From the human T2T-CHM13v2.0 reference genome, Homo sapiens: a DNA stretch of 64,000 nucleotides. Below, piece after piece: positions 48,686-63,814 of the stretch (its first letter is position 1; every line of letters begins with the position of its first letter). Below the pieces are notes generated by a model. The model saw nothing but the letters and a program-made list of their open reading frames with translations, searched no databases and was not told where the DNA came from. The stretch lies in NCBI RefSeq assembly GCF_009914755.1, contig NC_060940.1, one strand, 5' to 3'. The translations under genes and the position numbers were made by a program.

Positions 48686-51084
48686 GTGCAAGGTGTTGTG
48701 CCCATCTTCGCCTTGCCCCTTCTCTCTTTCTCTCTCATATTTTATGTCCCATCTGCAGAAAAGGTTGAACAAGAAAGCATCACATTGTGTTTGGGTTTTC
48801 AGAAAAACAAAAACATATACCCATTAAGAGCATGCTAACTGCTTCATAAAAACATCCCACCGTGGGCACCGTGATGGCAAACAGAGGCTGTCTGGGCTTC
48901 GAGGTTGCTGCACACTGAAGGAATGTTTGGTGAGCCCACTGATGCATCCTTTACATTCCATGACACCGTTAAAAAATAAATTCATTTTTACTGTAGCTGT
49001 TTTGTGACTTATATAATCATCCAAAATGCTTTAAAAGCTCTTAAAACAACCGCGGCACATAAAAAATTTACAACGTCTGTAAGCAAAGTAAACAGTCGCA
49101 TTTAGCCACAGCAGGGGGATTCTTCTTTTTCTTGGTGGCAAAACCGACGTGAAAGATGAGAAGGAAAAAACAATGAATCTCTCTGAAACTCTTCCCTTTA
49201 GTTCTTAGTCTTGCTGGCTCACACTGTACTATCAGAAACCGCCTACCATGCTTAAAAGAGAAAGTATTATTTCTGATCTTGTTTTTCCAAGGGAAGGAGT
49301 GGGGAGGCTCATGTGCTTTTTTCCCAGAGACAATGTTTAAACTAGAAAACACACTTGGGTTAACCAGAGCCCATGCAATGGCCTGTGTGAAGAGGACAAT
49401 CTCCAGCCCCTCAAAATGCTGGGGAGCAGTGTCAAGGTTGTGACTGATGTTATAGATCACGGAGCCTCGGCTGAATATGGGAGGGGGTGAAGCTTGAAGG
49501 GTGGATGGGAGAGAAATAAAGGACCCGCGGACTGGTGGCCTCCGAGAGGCTGGTGAACTGATATTGTGCCCACATTCGAGCCTAGGTACAAGAAGAAGAA
49601 ATTGGGTTCTGAAGTCTGAGGGTGTCTGAGTGAGGTATTCTGGAGATAGAGAAAAGACTTGTGGGTTATTGGAACAGAATGGAGACGAAGGTCAGTGAGA
49701 TGAAGAAATTAAGACAGGGAGCACAAAATTCAGCTCTGAGCTTCCTAGCAGCCACAGCAAAAAGGAACATGATGAGCTCCAACTTAAGAAAAAGAAGATA
49801 ATAGGTCATCTGATAGGTCTGGGGTTCACCTTGGATGACAGATGGAATTGGGAGGAAGGAGAGAGCTTGTGAGTGGGTATCTGAGTATTCACTGAGTGGA
49901 GAGAAACCATCTGGAAGGCCAGTTCCTGCATAACCCTGCGGCTCATGTGTGAGAAACAGAAAAGCTGTTTGTTGCTATCACTGCAGACCTAGTAGACCAT
50001 GGCGGGTATGGTGCATTGGCTGAGTGGTTATCGGCTGTTTTCACTACACCACAGTGATGTGGCGTCTGGGAGACAGACCTTGCCATGCAGGTGCGGGTGA
50101 CAGAACTGGGGGTTAGAGGTTAACACCAATGGAACAAGCCCAACTGGACCCCCTGCTCCAACTCAAGCCAGTTCAGGCTGGGGAAGTGGAAGAACCCTGC
50201 TGGCTAATGTGCCTGACCCAAGGGTGATTAGCAGCCAGGCCGGTGGACGTGGAGCCGCATAGTGATCGTCATGAGCGCCATTTGTTGGGGACCTGCAGCG
50301 CGCTGAGTACTCTATTGTGTCACCTCTTTAATCCTCTTTCATCACCTTTTTAATCACCTCTTTAATGAAGCTCTATTCTTATCTCCTGTCTCCGGCAGAG
50401 AAAACTGAGGCCTGAGAGGCCGAGTGCGTGGCCTGAGTTTGCATGGCTGTGGCTAGGAGGCAGCTGAGCTGGGATTGGAACACATGCCTCTCTGATTCCA
50501 GAGTCTGTTTTTTTTTTTTTTTCTTTTTCTGGCCCCTTCTAAGGTTTGAACAGGCTGAGTGAGATGTCCTGAGTTGGGCAGTCCCTCGATGGGAGCAGAG
50601 CTGTCCGTGTCTGCGGTCTTCGGGAGGCTCCGTGCTGACTGAGAGGCAGCTGGCTGGCTCACACCTGTGCTCAGAACCCCTGGGGTTTTTCCTACAAACC
50701 CACTCCATCGCCTTCTGAGTTCACATCAGGGAGAGAGTGACTACGATGAACCTTCCCCAGGAGGCTGCAGGGTTTTAGAAAGGATCCTAAGGAGGGAGCT
50801 GCTAGCAGGTGATTTTTGGCCTCAGACATTTAAGAAACCTCAATGGCAGAGAGAGGACTCGAAGGAGGGAATATTGATTTCACAGAATTCATGGTTCCTG
50901 CTCAAGACATCCTGGGCAAATCAAGCTCCAGAGACCTAAGGGTCCTCTTTTCCTTTCCTGGCTATTCTACATATTAAAGGGTCCTTTGCATTTATCCTGA
51001 CAAATCCCACTGGGGTGTGTCTGTCCCGCTATTGTGTCTGATGTCACAGTCTTGAATTTGCTTTAGTGTTGGAACACGGCCTAT

Positions 51085-51290
51085 CCACCACCGTGGCTCT
51101 CCTGACATGTGGGGCTGGAGCATTCTCAGCTAGGGGGGTGCCATCCAGGGCACTGTGGGGGTGTTTAGCAGTACCCCTGGCCTCCACCCACTAGATGCCA
51201 GTCGTACCCCACCCCAGTTAGCATGACAACAAAAAATGTCCCCAGACATGGTCAATATCCCCCGGGATTTAAAATTCACTCCCCCAACAC
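51085..51290 (-). mobile_element. MER20 (hAT-Charlie)
   Basis: gtttagcagtacccctggcctccacccactagatgccag..gacaacaaaaaatgtccccagacat. Confidence 0.85.
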
Positions 51291-51931
51291 CTTGTTGAGC
51301 TTTTCCACCTGCTCTAGATTTTCTAAGCTTAATGGTACAGAGGGATTTGGGGCTCCATTGCCAATGGCATGTCCTCGGGCAGATCTCTGAATCTCTCTGA
51401 GCCTCAGTTTTCTTAATGGCAAAATGTTATCCCCCAAAGGAATAGCAACAGAAGCAGTGACAGTCATGGGAGCCATGGGCTCTTGAACACCTGCTAGTGC
51501 CGGGGAGTGTGACAGGAGGGGACGTGCAGCGTCTCATGGAAACGGGGTGTCTTTGGCTACAAAGCCAGAGGTCTGTCCACTCTTCCAAGCTGCTGCCTTT
51601 CTGTGATGAGTAGGCGTGAACCTTAGGAAGTGTCATACACAGGACATCACACGAGTGTTAGTTACCACCCTTTGGTTAAATTGCTGAAATGCGAGGCATG
51701 TGCACTTTGCCATTGTGGTTTTTACGGACCAGTCACTTAAAAGGCTTGGCCCTTGGCGGTCATCAAGGAATGAGAAAAGAAATGGCCAGCTCTATTGGTG
51801 ACCATAGCCCTCATGTGCATGGGGCAGTCCTCGTTTCTGTCTGATGTTTTGCTATAATTACTAATTTCACACTCAAAAATGCCCTGGTCTGGATGCAAAA
51901 TTAAACAGTCATGCTGCCTATGTGGCACTGA

Positions 51932-52138
51932 CTTCCTCCCTTCTGTCCTTCCTCCCTTCTGTCCTTCTTCCTTTCTGTCCTTCTTCTGTCCTTCCTCCCT
52001 TCTGTCCTTCTGTCCTTCTTCCCTTCTGTCTTTCTGTCCTTCTTCCCTTCTGTCCTTCCTCCTTTCTGTCCTTCTGTCCTTCCTCCCTTCTGTCCTTCCT
52101 CTCTTATGTCCTTTTGTCCTTCTTTCCTCCCTTCCTTT
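51932..52138. repeat. CT-rich (TCCTTCTG)n-type simple repeat
   Basis: Repeated ttctgtccttc motifs. Confidence 0.9.
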
Positions 52139-52307
52139 GGCCAATCTACTCTCAAATGTGTCACTCATATGAAAGTCCCAGAGAGACGTCTCCCAGAGTT
52201 AGGTCTGAGGAATAAATGAGTCTCTGTTCAATGATGATCCCTCTTTTTTATTAGCCGAGAGCTTGTCATGTTCCCTTTTTGCTGTCTGTCAGGAAGCTCA
52301 GAAATAA

Positions 52308-52694
<387 letters not shown>

Positions 52695-53291
52695 CCCATT
52701 TCTTGAATGGTTCTGGGCCTTTGATGATTGCTTGCAAGCGTTTAACCATTTATCTGTAGCCGCTCTTTCACAAGAAGCTGGCTTCAAGGCCTCCCAGCAG
52801 CAGGGCAGCTCATAAAAGAAAGACGAATGCACTTTCAGAATGTGGTCGGGGAGACCTGGTTACTCCTTAAAGCTTGAGGACACACACATGGGAGTCACTG
52901 TTTGGAGTGGGTTCTGTGATGGGTAGCGCGGATGGGTGAAGAACGAAGTTCCGGCACCAGGCATTGCATGAAAATGTGAAGCGCATTGTCTGCTTCCAAT
53001 AGGAAAGCACCAACTCCTGTGTGTTGGGGGTTGTTATTATCCCCATTTTACAGAGGAGGAAAGTAAGGGCCAGCTTGGGAGGTGCACCCGCCTGCTTCCT
53101 ACACAGTTAGCAAATGGAAGAACCACGCTTTGCCCCAGCACTGCTGGTTTCAAAGGCCACGTTCCTAACATCTGCTGCCCACTGTCTCAACATGGCCCTT
53201 TGGGATTGTAATAACAGCCTGCGCTGACGGCCTGCTTCCCGTGTGCCAGCCCCTGGGCTGAGAACTGGAATGAACCCCCATGTTATCCTCA

Positions 53292-53783
<492 letters not shown>

Positions 53784-54936
53784 CTAATTTCAAGGATGAC
53801 TGACCCGTAACAAACTCTCCAGGGAATGTTCAGGGCACATTTCTGACCTTTTGAATTGAGGTCGCAGAATGAAAATGCCATTGTTTGTCACAAAATGTCC
53901 TTTGTCATTGCTGTAAATGCCTGGGGAATCAAAGATCTAAATCAGAGGGTGCTTTCTTACGCTCTGTGATTCTGTGCAAGAGGCCTTCAGCAGGGCTGGA
54001 CTTCCCTCCCAGAAGGGGAGTTTGGTGCTCAGTGGATCCTGTCAGGTGAGAAGCCGAGACCCAGCAGATGTGTGTGCGCACAGCGGAACCAGGTACAAGA
54101 GGTACAAGCGGAGATCGAGGTGCCAGCTGCTAAGAGGGGTCTCGCTTCTCATTCATGGAAAGACACGTCCTGGGGCCTGTCCCATCCCCTGTACTCAAAC
54201 AGCCTCCCACATCTTCCAGGATCTGAAGCTGGACTTACCTGGAGTCCTGGAACATGGTGATCCCATCTCCACTGGACCTGAGTCAGAAGCCTGCTCTAGA
54301 GGAAGCAGGAAGTACATCTGGTTTTGGTTGGAGACGTTGCATCCATTCTAATAAAGCCAAGAGTCAAACTGAAATACTGGCTCAGGCTGAGAGGATATTC
54401 TGCCGTTGTAGTTTTGCTCGGGGCCATTCGTTTTAAGAAGACTGGAGAGTCAGTTCCAGTTTGTCTTGGGGGACTAAGTTCTTATCATGTGGTTTCTACT
54501 GGTGGCTTATTGAGAACACATGCAGGTACAGCCACGTTTGGGTTTTATTCCGTGCGGGATTTCACAAATGGAAGCTATGGGTTCCTGGTCTATTTATTTT
54601 ACTCCACAGACATTTAAGGGGACCCGCTGGGTGCTAGATGAGTGCGTAGGTACAGAGACAGAAAAAGACGATGTGAGACCACGTCCAGCCAGTGAGTCTG
54701 GAGCAGAAAGTCTGTGGTAGGGGCCAGACAGTTGGAGCCAGTTGGTACTAGACCCTAGCACTAGGCTGGGCGTTGGAGCATCGGTCTCTGGCACTGAGGT
54801 TTGGAGATGCTGAGTGAGTTCTGGGGGTCAGCCTGCGGCCCCCAGCCCCCAGCAGTGGCTCATGTCGGAGTCCCGGAGGAACGAATACCACCCCACTGTC
54901 ACTTCTTCAGAGGCGAAAGGGGAAGGGCCGGGATTT

Positions 54937-55000
54937 GGAATGAAAAATGAAAGTTCTTGCCCCACGAAATGGAAACCGTAGCAGCTGTTTTCAATTTCCT
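54937..55000. promoter_or_regulatory. ISRE/IRF motif cluster
   Basis: GGAATGAAAAATGAAAGT 54937-54954, GAAATGGAAAC 54966-54976, and AGGAAATTGAAAA on the minus strand at 54988-55000. Confidence 0.4.
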
Positions 55001-55319
55001 GCCTAGTAGGCGACATGCCCACTCCCTCCCTCGGTCTCATAAACACCTTTCTTTAGAATTTGGAAACACAGAGGGTGGGGGAAAGGCCAGGGTGGCATGC
55101 TAGCACGTGGCTCTGGAGTCAGGTGTCGCAGCGGCGGCTCCATCAGAATGCTCACGTCCAAACACCCACTGTCTCTGTGAGAACAACTCCCCGGGAAGCT
55201 GTTCTTTCTACTTTCTCTCTCTCTTGCAATTAATAGTGAGTTCCTCTATGAGGCTGTAAGTTTCTGGAAGGTGGTTTCTGGGATGTTCAGTTCCCTAAGC
55301 CCACATGGGGCCCAAGACT

Positions 55320-55545
55320 AATCACTTAAGTAAGGACCACAGCTGCCGCTTGGGAATGCTACTACACGCCTGTCAGTGAATCCTCGAGTTAGCGCTATGA
55401 TAACCAGCGTAGTAGGGGTGGCTATCTCCATTTTATGTATGGGGAAACTGAGGCACTGAGAAGTGACATCATTTGCCAAGGTTGTAAAATCAGGAGTGGC
55501 AAATCCCGGAAACAGAAGGAGTCTGTGATAGCTCAACACCATTGT
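55320..55545 (-). mobile_element. MIR
   Basis: ctccattttatgtatggggaaactgaggcactgagaagtgacatcatttgccaagg. Confidence 0.8.
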
Positions 55546-56472
55546 GACAATGTTAATAACTGCTAAATTGTGACTTTAAAATGGCAAATTTTATGGTAGA
55601 TAGATTATATCTTGATTTGAAAATGCAATAAAAGGGTACTGGTGTCCCCCACAGTGGCTCTCCTGCCCAGGAGAACAGAGATACCTGTCTTTTTCCACTG
55701 CCATGAATGTCTAGCAGATGATGTTTTCAGTAAATGTTGGAAGGAAGGGAGAAAGACACAGTAAGAGAGGAAGGAAGGAGGGATGGAGGGAAAGAGGAAG
55801 GAGAGAGGATGGAGGTAGGAGAGGGAGGGAGGGGGGAAGTCCTTTCCAATCTCCACTCTGCCTCTATGGTATTTCGGCAGGTGACTCTACCACTGACTCC
55901 TACCTGGGAAGGGCACGATGGCCCCGGAATAGTATGGGCATTGGCTTCCTTCCACCTGGAGCTGCCTGCCAGGCGGCCTCCTTCCTCTGCTGGAGATCTC
56001 TGAGCGGCTGGGCTCCCGCTTCCCCCAGGGCCTGCAGTCCCTGGCCTCCTGCAGTTACCCTGGAAGGGCCTGGCACCCTGCCCAGGGCAGAGCTGGGTTT
56101 GGAGATGTGATGTGTCTCTGGGGGAAGCTGGCTGAGCCCCACCAGTCTCATTTCAAGTCAGGAACCACCACGGGTCTCCCACATGAAGCCACAACATCCA
56201 CCGAGCCTCCACTTCGAAGACTTCACCCTGCTGCTGCTGGGTGGGTCAACGCTGGGATGCAGATGCCATTTTATGGCAAAGCTGTCTGTGAAACCAAATG
56301 ACATTGTCCTCAAAGGAACCAAACCTGCCTCTCTTTCAGGCAGATGACAACCAGAAAATCATTAGCAGGCCTAGGATGTGAGGGAGGAGGAGAAGCCAGT
56401 GTCGTCCTTGACTGGAGCGTTGAGAAGCAGCGGTGTGGTAGATGGGCTACTCCTACCCGAGAGTTGAGACGC

Positions 56473-56680
56473 AGGGGTGTGGTAGACGGGGCTGTTCCTA
56501 CAGGCCCGAGGGGGCCACTATCTGCACCTCTTCCCAACTCCACGTTCAGGGCAGGCATGGTGGTGGCATGAAATCTGCCAAGCTGTGAGTATTTACGCCA
56601 TGGGAATTGGCATACACCATAAACCATGGCTTGCTTTTTCAGAGAGCTGACTGTGACACAATGGATACCAGTCATGTTGT
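56473..56680 (+). mobile_element. MER63A-like
   Basis: ctcttcccaactccacgttcag..tgaaatctgcc..gagtatttacgccatgggaattggca. Confidence 0.65.
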
Positions 56681-57194
56681 GGTTTATCCTCACTGCCTCA
56701 TTCTGTCCTTCCAACCATCCTATTAGGCTGGCTCTGTTGTTACAGTTGAAGAAACCCATGCTCGGAGAGGTCACAGGGCTTTCCAGAGGACCCCCAGCTT
56801 GGAGAGGGCATGGCCAGGGCTGGATTTGAACCCAAACCTGGAGTGCATTACCACCCTATTCTATGCAGTCTCCAGGTCCTCGTTTGCAAAATGCAATGTG
56901 AGCTGACCTCACAGGGATGTTGGGAGAATCTGGATAATGGTTTTGGAGAAGAGGGAGCCCAGCCAGGGGTCCTTCCAGGAGGTTTATTATTTCTCTCTTC
57001 TCTACGGCCCTTACCTTCTAAACATTTAGTCAAATATGCCTTCTCACTTCAAAGCAAAAAGCCTGTGATCAGCAGTGATGGCAGGAAACTAAAGAAAAAT
57101 CTGCCTCTCCTTTGGCTGGTGAGAGATGCTTTGCTTCTTCGGGGCCTCGCCATGGCCCTGCGCATCTGCTTCCCTCCTCCCTCTGCCACCCCTG

Positions 57195-57400
57195 GCAGAT
57201 AGAAAATTCTGCAGTGATGGAAACACTCCAGGTCTGTGCTGTCCAATATGCAGCCACCCGTACACAGGGCTCTTGCGCACATGAAAGGTGGCTGGTGTGA
57301 GTGAGGAACTGGATTGTAAGTGTAATTTAATTTTAATTAATTAAAATTCAGTTATCATGGCCATGCGTGACTAGTTGCCACTGTCTTAGACAGAGCGACT
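57195..57400 (+). mobile_element. MER3
   Basis: tagaaaattctgcagtgatggaaa..ctgtgctgtccaatatgcagccac..gaggaactg..tttaattttaattaatt. Confidence 0.8.
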
Positions 57401-58363
57401 TCAGAGTTCCGCCCCCTCCACCTTCTGGCTCAATGCCTAGCTCTGCTTCTCCTGTCCAGCCTGGGAGTCGCCCTCTCCATCCTCTCCACATCAGCCTTAG
57501 TATTTCAGGCCCTTCTGGAGGTAGCTTTGTCTCCAGAGCCCTCAGGGGCAGGGGCAGCCTGGGACAGTGCAGGCTCTAGTGAGCTCTGTAGCTGAGAAGG
57601 GGACCCCCTTTCCTGAGCGGCCTTTGGGAGTGGGGAGCCTGAGAGCAAAGGGTGTCAGGAACACACCCCAGCCTTGTGAGCTGGGACCTGCAGGGTGAGC
57701 CCAGGCCCCTGAGCTTTTAAAAGCTCCCGGGTGTTCCTGGTGCAGTGTTTCAGGCTGCAGACTTCAGGCACATTCTTATTTTCTTGGGCCACCCCCTCCT
57801 CCCACTTTCCCTCATCCTGGGTCTGAAGCCTCCTCCTCTTTCTCCCCTAAGGAACTCTGTCTTCATCTCTTTCTTTCTTTATATCTGTCCGGGAGCTCCT
57901 TGGCCTGGCCCACCTCCTCTGATGGGCTCTTTCCAGCTTGATGGCTCCTTTGAGTACCTGCCGTTCCTACCTCCTGTGGGACATTTCCACCTGCAGGAAA
58001 TGCCAACCACACAGACTTAAAAATCCCCGGACCGAAGTCCTCATTTCCCCTCCTTTTTCCTCCTCTTATCTTCTCTGCTTGTGTTAGCAGGGCCAAATCT
58101 TCCGCGGGTCACTGAGGCTCCCATCTTTAAAGTCATTGCCAACTTCTCCTTCTCTCTCAACCTGACTGGATGTTACAAATTCCTGTGTCATTTCCATTCT
58201 ATTTCTTGCTTTCAATCTTTTCTTTCACTTTCAGCATCTCTGTTCAGACGCTTGTCTCTTCCTGGATCTATCTTCTGTAAACTCCAAAGCAGCCCTCACA
58301 ACTCCTCATGATCTTCAAAACAAAGCTTTGAAAATGATTGGGCCCTCTGCTCAAGCCCCTCAC

Positions 58364-58459
58364 TGCTGTCAGGATGAGGTTTGAGTCCTTAGCAGTGCTG
58401 TCAGGATGAGGTTTGAGTCCTTAGCAGTGCTGTCAGGATGAGGTGTGAGTCATTAGCAG
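58364..58459. repeat. 32-bp tandem repeat x3 inside an L2
   Basis: tgctgtcaggatgaggtttgagtccttagcag x3; third copy has 2 substitutions. Confidence 0.95.
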
Positions 58460-59205
58460 TACATTCAGTGCCTGCTATTACCTTGCCCTACTTCTGTCTT
58501 TCCCCGGGACTGACTTCATGCTCCAGCCCTGAGTGAGTATCTCATGGGCCATCTGTGCACCTGGTTGGAGCTTGTGCATCTGCAGCGTTCTGTGGTGAAG
58601 CAGTCTGATGTTGATGGGGATCATGAGGCTGTCCCTGGGATCACTGTGAAAGCGTGCTGCAATTGATTAGCAATGTCTGCTGCTGGTGAGGGTGGGGAGA
58701 GTGTGGCACAGGTACCATGTATTTACCAACCTGTTTTCCAACAGATGGGGTTTTTCTCTATAGCCTGCCCCAAATCACTTTACACTTTCTGATACTTGGA
58801 CTTTTCCTCCATTCCTGTCCCTTTCTCGGTATGTTTGAATTCTAGCAACTCTCTAAGGGCCTGCCTGAGTACTACCTTCTTTGTGAAGTATTCCTTGTGT
58901 GCAGCTGATGTTGAAGACAGAAAAATGTATATAGATAATTCAGCCAGAGACCAAGGGGCAGCCCCTGGTGGAGTGTTAAGCCAGATGTTCCCAAGCACAG
59001 GCATGGCCAGCCGCAGCCACATCATGGGTCAGAGTCCTGGGCCCCAGCTTGGACTCTCCTGTGATGGGGTCAGAGATTGGCATTTTTAACAAGCTCCCAG
59101 GTGATTCTTAGGCATTACTTGGTGAGAGAACTCCTGTTAGAATGCCTAAGAGTAAAATTCTGCCACGCTGTCCCAGAGCTGAGACCTCAGTCGCTGCTTC
59201 TCAAA

Positions 59206-59251
59206 CCATTACATTTAATGGCAAAAACTGCAATCGCTTTTGCCCCAACCT
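59206..59251. mobile_element. MADE1 (Hsmar1 MITE) half element
   Basis: ccattacatttaatggcaaaaactgcaatcgcttttgccccaacct matches one MADE1 arm. Confidence 0.75.
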
Positions 59252-59731
59252 GCAGGGCAGGACCAGTTGTTAAAAATTCCTTGATCTAATGTGAACCAAA
59301 ATTGCAATTAAAATGTTAGTGGGCATTTCCCCATTTTTGTCATGATATAGATGGATACTGAATTTCTTATCTTTGAATCATTTATTGCTCAGAACTCAAG
59401 TAAGCATGCCAGCACTTCCTATGTTCGTGCTGGAGGGGAAATGTTTTACTTTTTACTGGAGAAGACAAGACAGGGTGATTTTCATGCTATTGTTTTATAC
59501 ACATGACAACAACATATCTTGCCTTATGTAAAGGCAAGTTCATATTTGTAGATAATTTATCTTTTCTTCCTCCACTAAACATATGCAGTAATCACTCAAC
59601 TGGAAGGTGAGTATTTATTTTGTTTTTAAGGAGAGCCACTTTCTAACTGAAGATGATTGATACAGGGAAAAGTTTGTACTACAATACATACCTCATATAT
59701 TTGACTGCAGGTTATAAAATTTTTTAAAATG

Positions 59732-60152
<421 letters not shown>

Positions 60153-60404
60153 TTACTGGAAAAATACAATAAAGATATAAAAATATAAGCCCAACTTTAG
60201 ACCTCAAAGTACTCTGTTGAATTGCTGTAAAAATTTCTAACTCTTTCTCTCAATTTCTTCACTCCTTGTGAACCGGCACCTAATAGTTTGTGGATCGCAC
60301 TTGAGCCACCCTTAGAACAGCACAGGTCCGAGGGTCATCCCAGCCGTCCCAGCTAGCTCTCGTGGTCATCTTGCCAAAATGAATCCTTTGCAATAAATAA
60401 TTCA

Positions 60405-60816
<412 letters not shown>

Positions 60817-62318
60817 TTAACTTTTTCAGCTTCCCCTTGTCTGCGATTATGTTCATTCCCTTTAACAAAAATCACTTAGATCAGGTAGCTACTGCCCCAA
60901 AGTAGAGAGAGGAATGACTTCATGGAACTCTCCCTGATTTTAGAAACCCTTCCCCTCACTCGCTGTGTCTCTGCAGAGCAGCTGCCTGCCTCTCGGCCTA
61001 CACATCTTGGCAGCTGTGCATGGCGTTGTGCTGTGTACTCCTGACTAACTCTGTTTGACCCTTGGAGATAGAAATGCAAGTAAAGGCATAAATGCATTTT
61101 TAGGAATGTATTTATCAGAATCCAATTCTACACTAGGGAAAGGGTTTTGACAGCGCGGCTGGAACCTATGAGATTTTACTTGTCTAAACAAACAAATTTT
61201 TAAATACCTGATTTTGGTTGGGGCCCCTGCCTCGAACTATGAAAAAGATAAAATATGCAAAACGCACATTTCCACCCTGTTAAAAATATGTCTGGGTGCT
61301 AGGTCTGGCTTCCTTTGTTGGCCAGAGTGGGGGCCTCATCCTAGGTAGGGTGGCGTGACCACTATTTGCATAACCTATTTACTTCAGAGTTTTAAAACAT
61401 GTGGGAGCCACTGAGTGTCCCCAAATGGTAGTTTTTCATGGGGAGACAGAGACCTGGCACTAGATGTGTAACCTCAGTTAGGTCTCAGCCTTGCTGATTC
61501 ACAGTCTCTGTGCCTCTCAGATAAGGAAGGTGAACTTAATAATGAAGGCTACCTCTGTGGAGTGTTCACCACACCCCAAATTCCTGCTAAGCCAGCTCCA
61601 TGCATTAATCCAATTTAATGCTTGCAATCCAATGAGCTTCATGTGATGATCAGGACATTTCACAGATGAAGAAACAAGGCACGGGACATGGTCCCTTGCC
61701 CGAGTTCACACAGCTGGGATATGCCAGAATCACCCTTCCTCTCTTGGAGTTTTGACCCCCAAGCCTATGTTCTTTCCCTCTAGCTTTTTTTTTATCGTGA
61801 AAATTTTCAAGTATTTGGAGAAGTTGAAAGATTAGTACAAGGATCATCTGTACAGCTACTATCTGGCTTCAACAACTTAACATTTGCTATATTTGTGCCT
61901 TCTCTCTCTCTTTTGATGAAGTATGTACCCCATTTTAGAGAACAGCCTTCCGATACCAGTTTTATTGAGGTGTAATTGACATATGATGAGCCATACATAT
62001 TTAAAGTATGCAATTTGATACGCTGTACATACACATGTCCCCTTGAAATCATCGGCACACTCAAGACAAGGAACAGACTCATTATCCCAAAAGTTCACTC
62101 AGGCCTGGCTTTCATCCCCCCACCTGCTCTTCCTTGTTGCACCCCACCTCCAGCCCCGGCAATCACGGGTCTGCTTTCTGTCACTGTGCGTTAGTTTGCA
62201 TTTTCTAGAATTCTATAAAAATGGAATTACATAGTTTGTATTTTTTTTTTGGTGGTGGTAGTGGGGCGGGGAGGTGTCTGGCTTCTCTCACTGAACACAG
62301 GTCGTCTGTGTTGCAGTG

Positions 62319-62673
62319 TGCTGTGGTCCAAATGTATCCCCCCAAAAATTCACACGTCGGAACTTAACCTCCAAGGTGATGGTACTAAGAGGTGGGGCCT
62401 TGCGAGGTGATCAGTCAGGAGGGCTCCACCTGGGAGACTGAAGTTGTGCCCAGATAGACGGGCTTCAGGGAGTGAGTTAGTCCCTTTGTGGTTCCTTCTG
62501 CCATGTGAGGACAAAGCAAGAGGTACCATCTGCAAAGCCGAGAGCAAAAGCCCTCCCCAGACACTGAACCTGCTGGTGCCTTAATCTTGGAGAACTGTGA
62601 GCAATAAATTTCTATTATTTATAGGTCACCCAGTTTAAAATACATGGTTATAGCAGCAGGAACTGACTAAGAC
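62319..62673 (+). mobile_element. MLT1A-type LTR
   Basis: tgctgtggtccaaatg..ccaaggtgatggtactaagaggtggggcctt..gaactgtgagcaataaatttct..gactaagaca. Confidence 0.85.
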
Positions 62674-62844
62674 ATAGCATGAATCGATTGTTCATTCTAT
62701 TTCTTGCTGAGTAGCATCACATTATATGCATATACCACAATTTCTTTATCCACTTACCTTTTAGTGTTGTTTCTGGGCTTTGGTGGTTACAAACAGAGCT
62801 GCTCTGAACATCTGTGTACAAGCATTTTCATGAACAGCATGTGC

Positions 62845-63442
62845 TGTGGTAGGCAGAACGTCCTACCTCTCCTCCCTCCGGGATGTTTGTGCTCTTATCT
62901 CTAGGACCTGTGGATATGTTACATTATATGGCAAAAAGAATTCATATAATTAGGGTTATGGACTTTATGATACGGGGGCTGTCCTGGGTTATTTGGGTGG
63001 GCCCAATCTAATCACACAAGACTTTAAAGGTAGAGAAGCTTCTCTGGCTGGAGAGAGAGGAGGCAGAAGGGGAGAGAGAGGAGGCAGAAGGTCAGAGAAG
63101 GACTCAATGTGTCATTGCTGGGTTGAAGATGGAGGGAGCAATGTGATGGGGCATTAGGGCCACGTAAGGAACTGACAGCCAGCAAGGGAATGGAGACCCC
63201 ACACCAAGAGCCCCAGGAACTGAACTCTGCCAGCGACCTGAACAAGGTTGAAGTGGATTCTTCCCCAGGGCTTCCAGAGAAGAACACAGCCCTTGACTTT
63301 GGGCTTGTGAAACCCTGAGCCAAGAACCCCACCAAGCCTGCCTGGCCTTGAGACTCAGGCACAATGAGATAATAAATAGGTGCTGTTTTAGCTGCTAAGT
63401 GTGTGTGGTAATTCATTACGGCAGCAATAGAAAACTAATACA
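62845..63442 (+). mobile_element. MLT1D/E-type LTR
   Basis: tgtggtaggcagaa..tgggcccaatctaatcaca..ggcagcaatagaaaactaataca. Confidence 0.85.
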
Positions 63443-63814
63443 TATGTATTCATTTCTCTTAGGTAAACGCCTAGGAGGGGGATGACTGGGTCATATGGTA
63501 GGGGCATGTTTCACTTTTTGAGAAACTTCCAAACTGTTTTTCGAAGTGGTTGTACTATTTTATACTCAGGGTATGTGGGCTCCTGCTGCTCCACATCCTT
63601 GTCAATACTTGGTAGGGCCAGTCCTTTAAATTTTAGACGTTTTTTTTTTAACATGGAATTTTAGACATTGTGGTTTACCTTGCGTTTCCCTAATAACTAT
63701 GACATTGAGCTTCTTTTCACAGGCTTATTTGATTTCCATATATTTTCTTTGGTAAAGTGTTTATTTAACTCTTTTTGCCCACTTAAAAAAATTGCATTGT
63801 TTTCATATTATTGA

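Larger units (their letters stand above)
61785..63812 (-). mobile_element. L1M 3' region(s) interrupted by two MaLR LTRs
   Basis: ttttattgaggtgtaattgacatatg.., tttgcattttctagaattctataaaaatggaat.., ctgggtcatatggtagg..gaaacttccaaactgtttttcgaagtggttgtac. Confidence 0.8.

Noticed and set aside
51737-52215. Charged or Leu/Ser/Phe-rich ORFs on both strands
   Set aside because: These are translations of a CT-rich simple repeat
58364-58459. CRISPR-like array (32-bp repeats); the 39-, 59- and 63-bp arrays were also considered
   Set aside because: Repeats are head-to-tail with no unique spacers, there are no cas genes, and the context is mammalian
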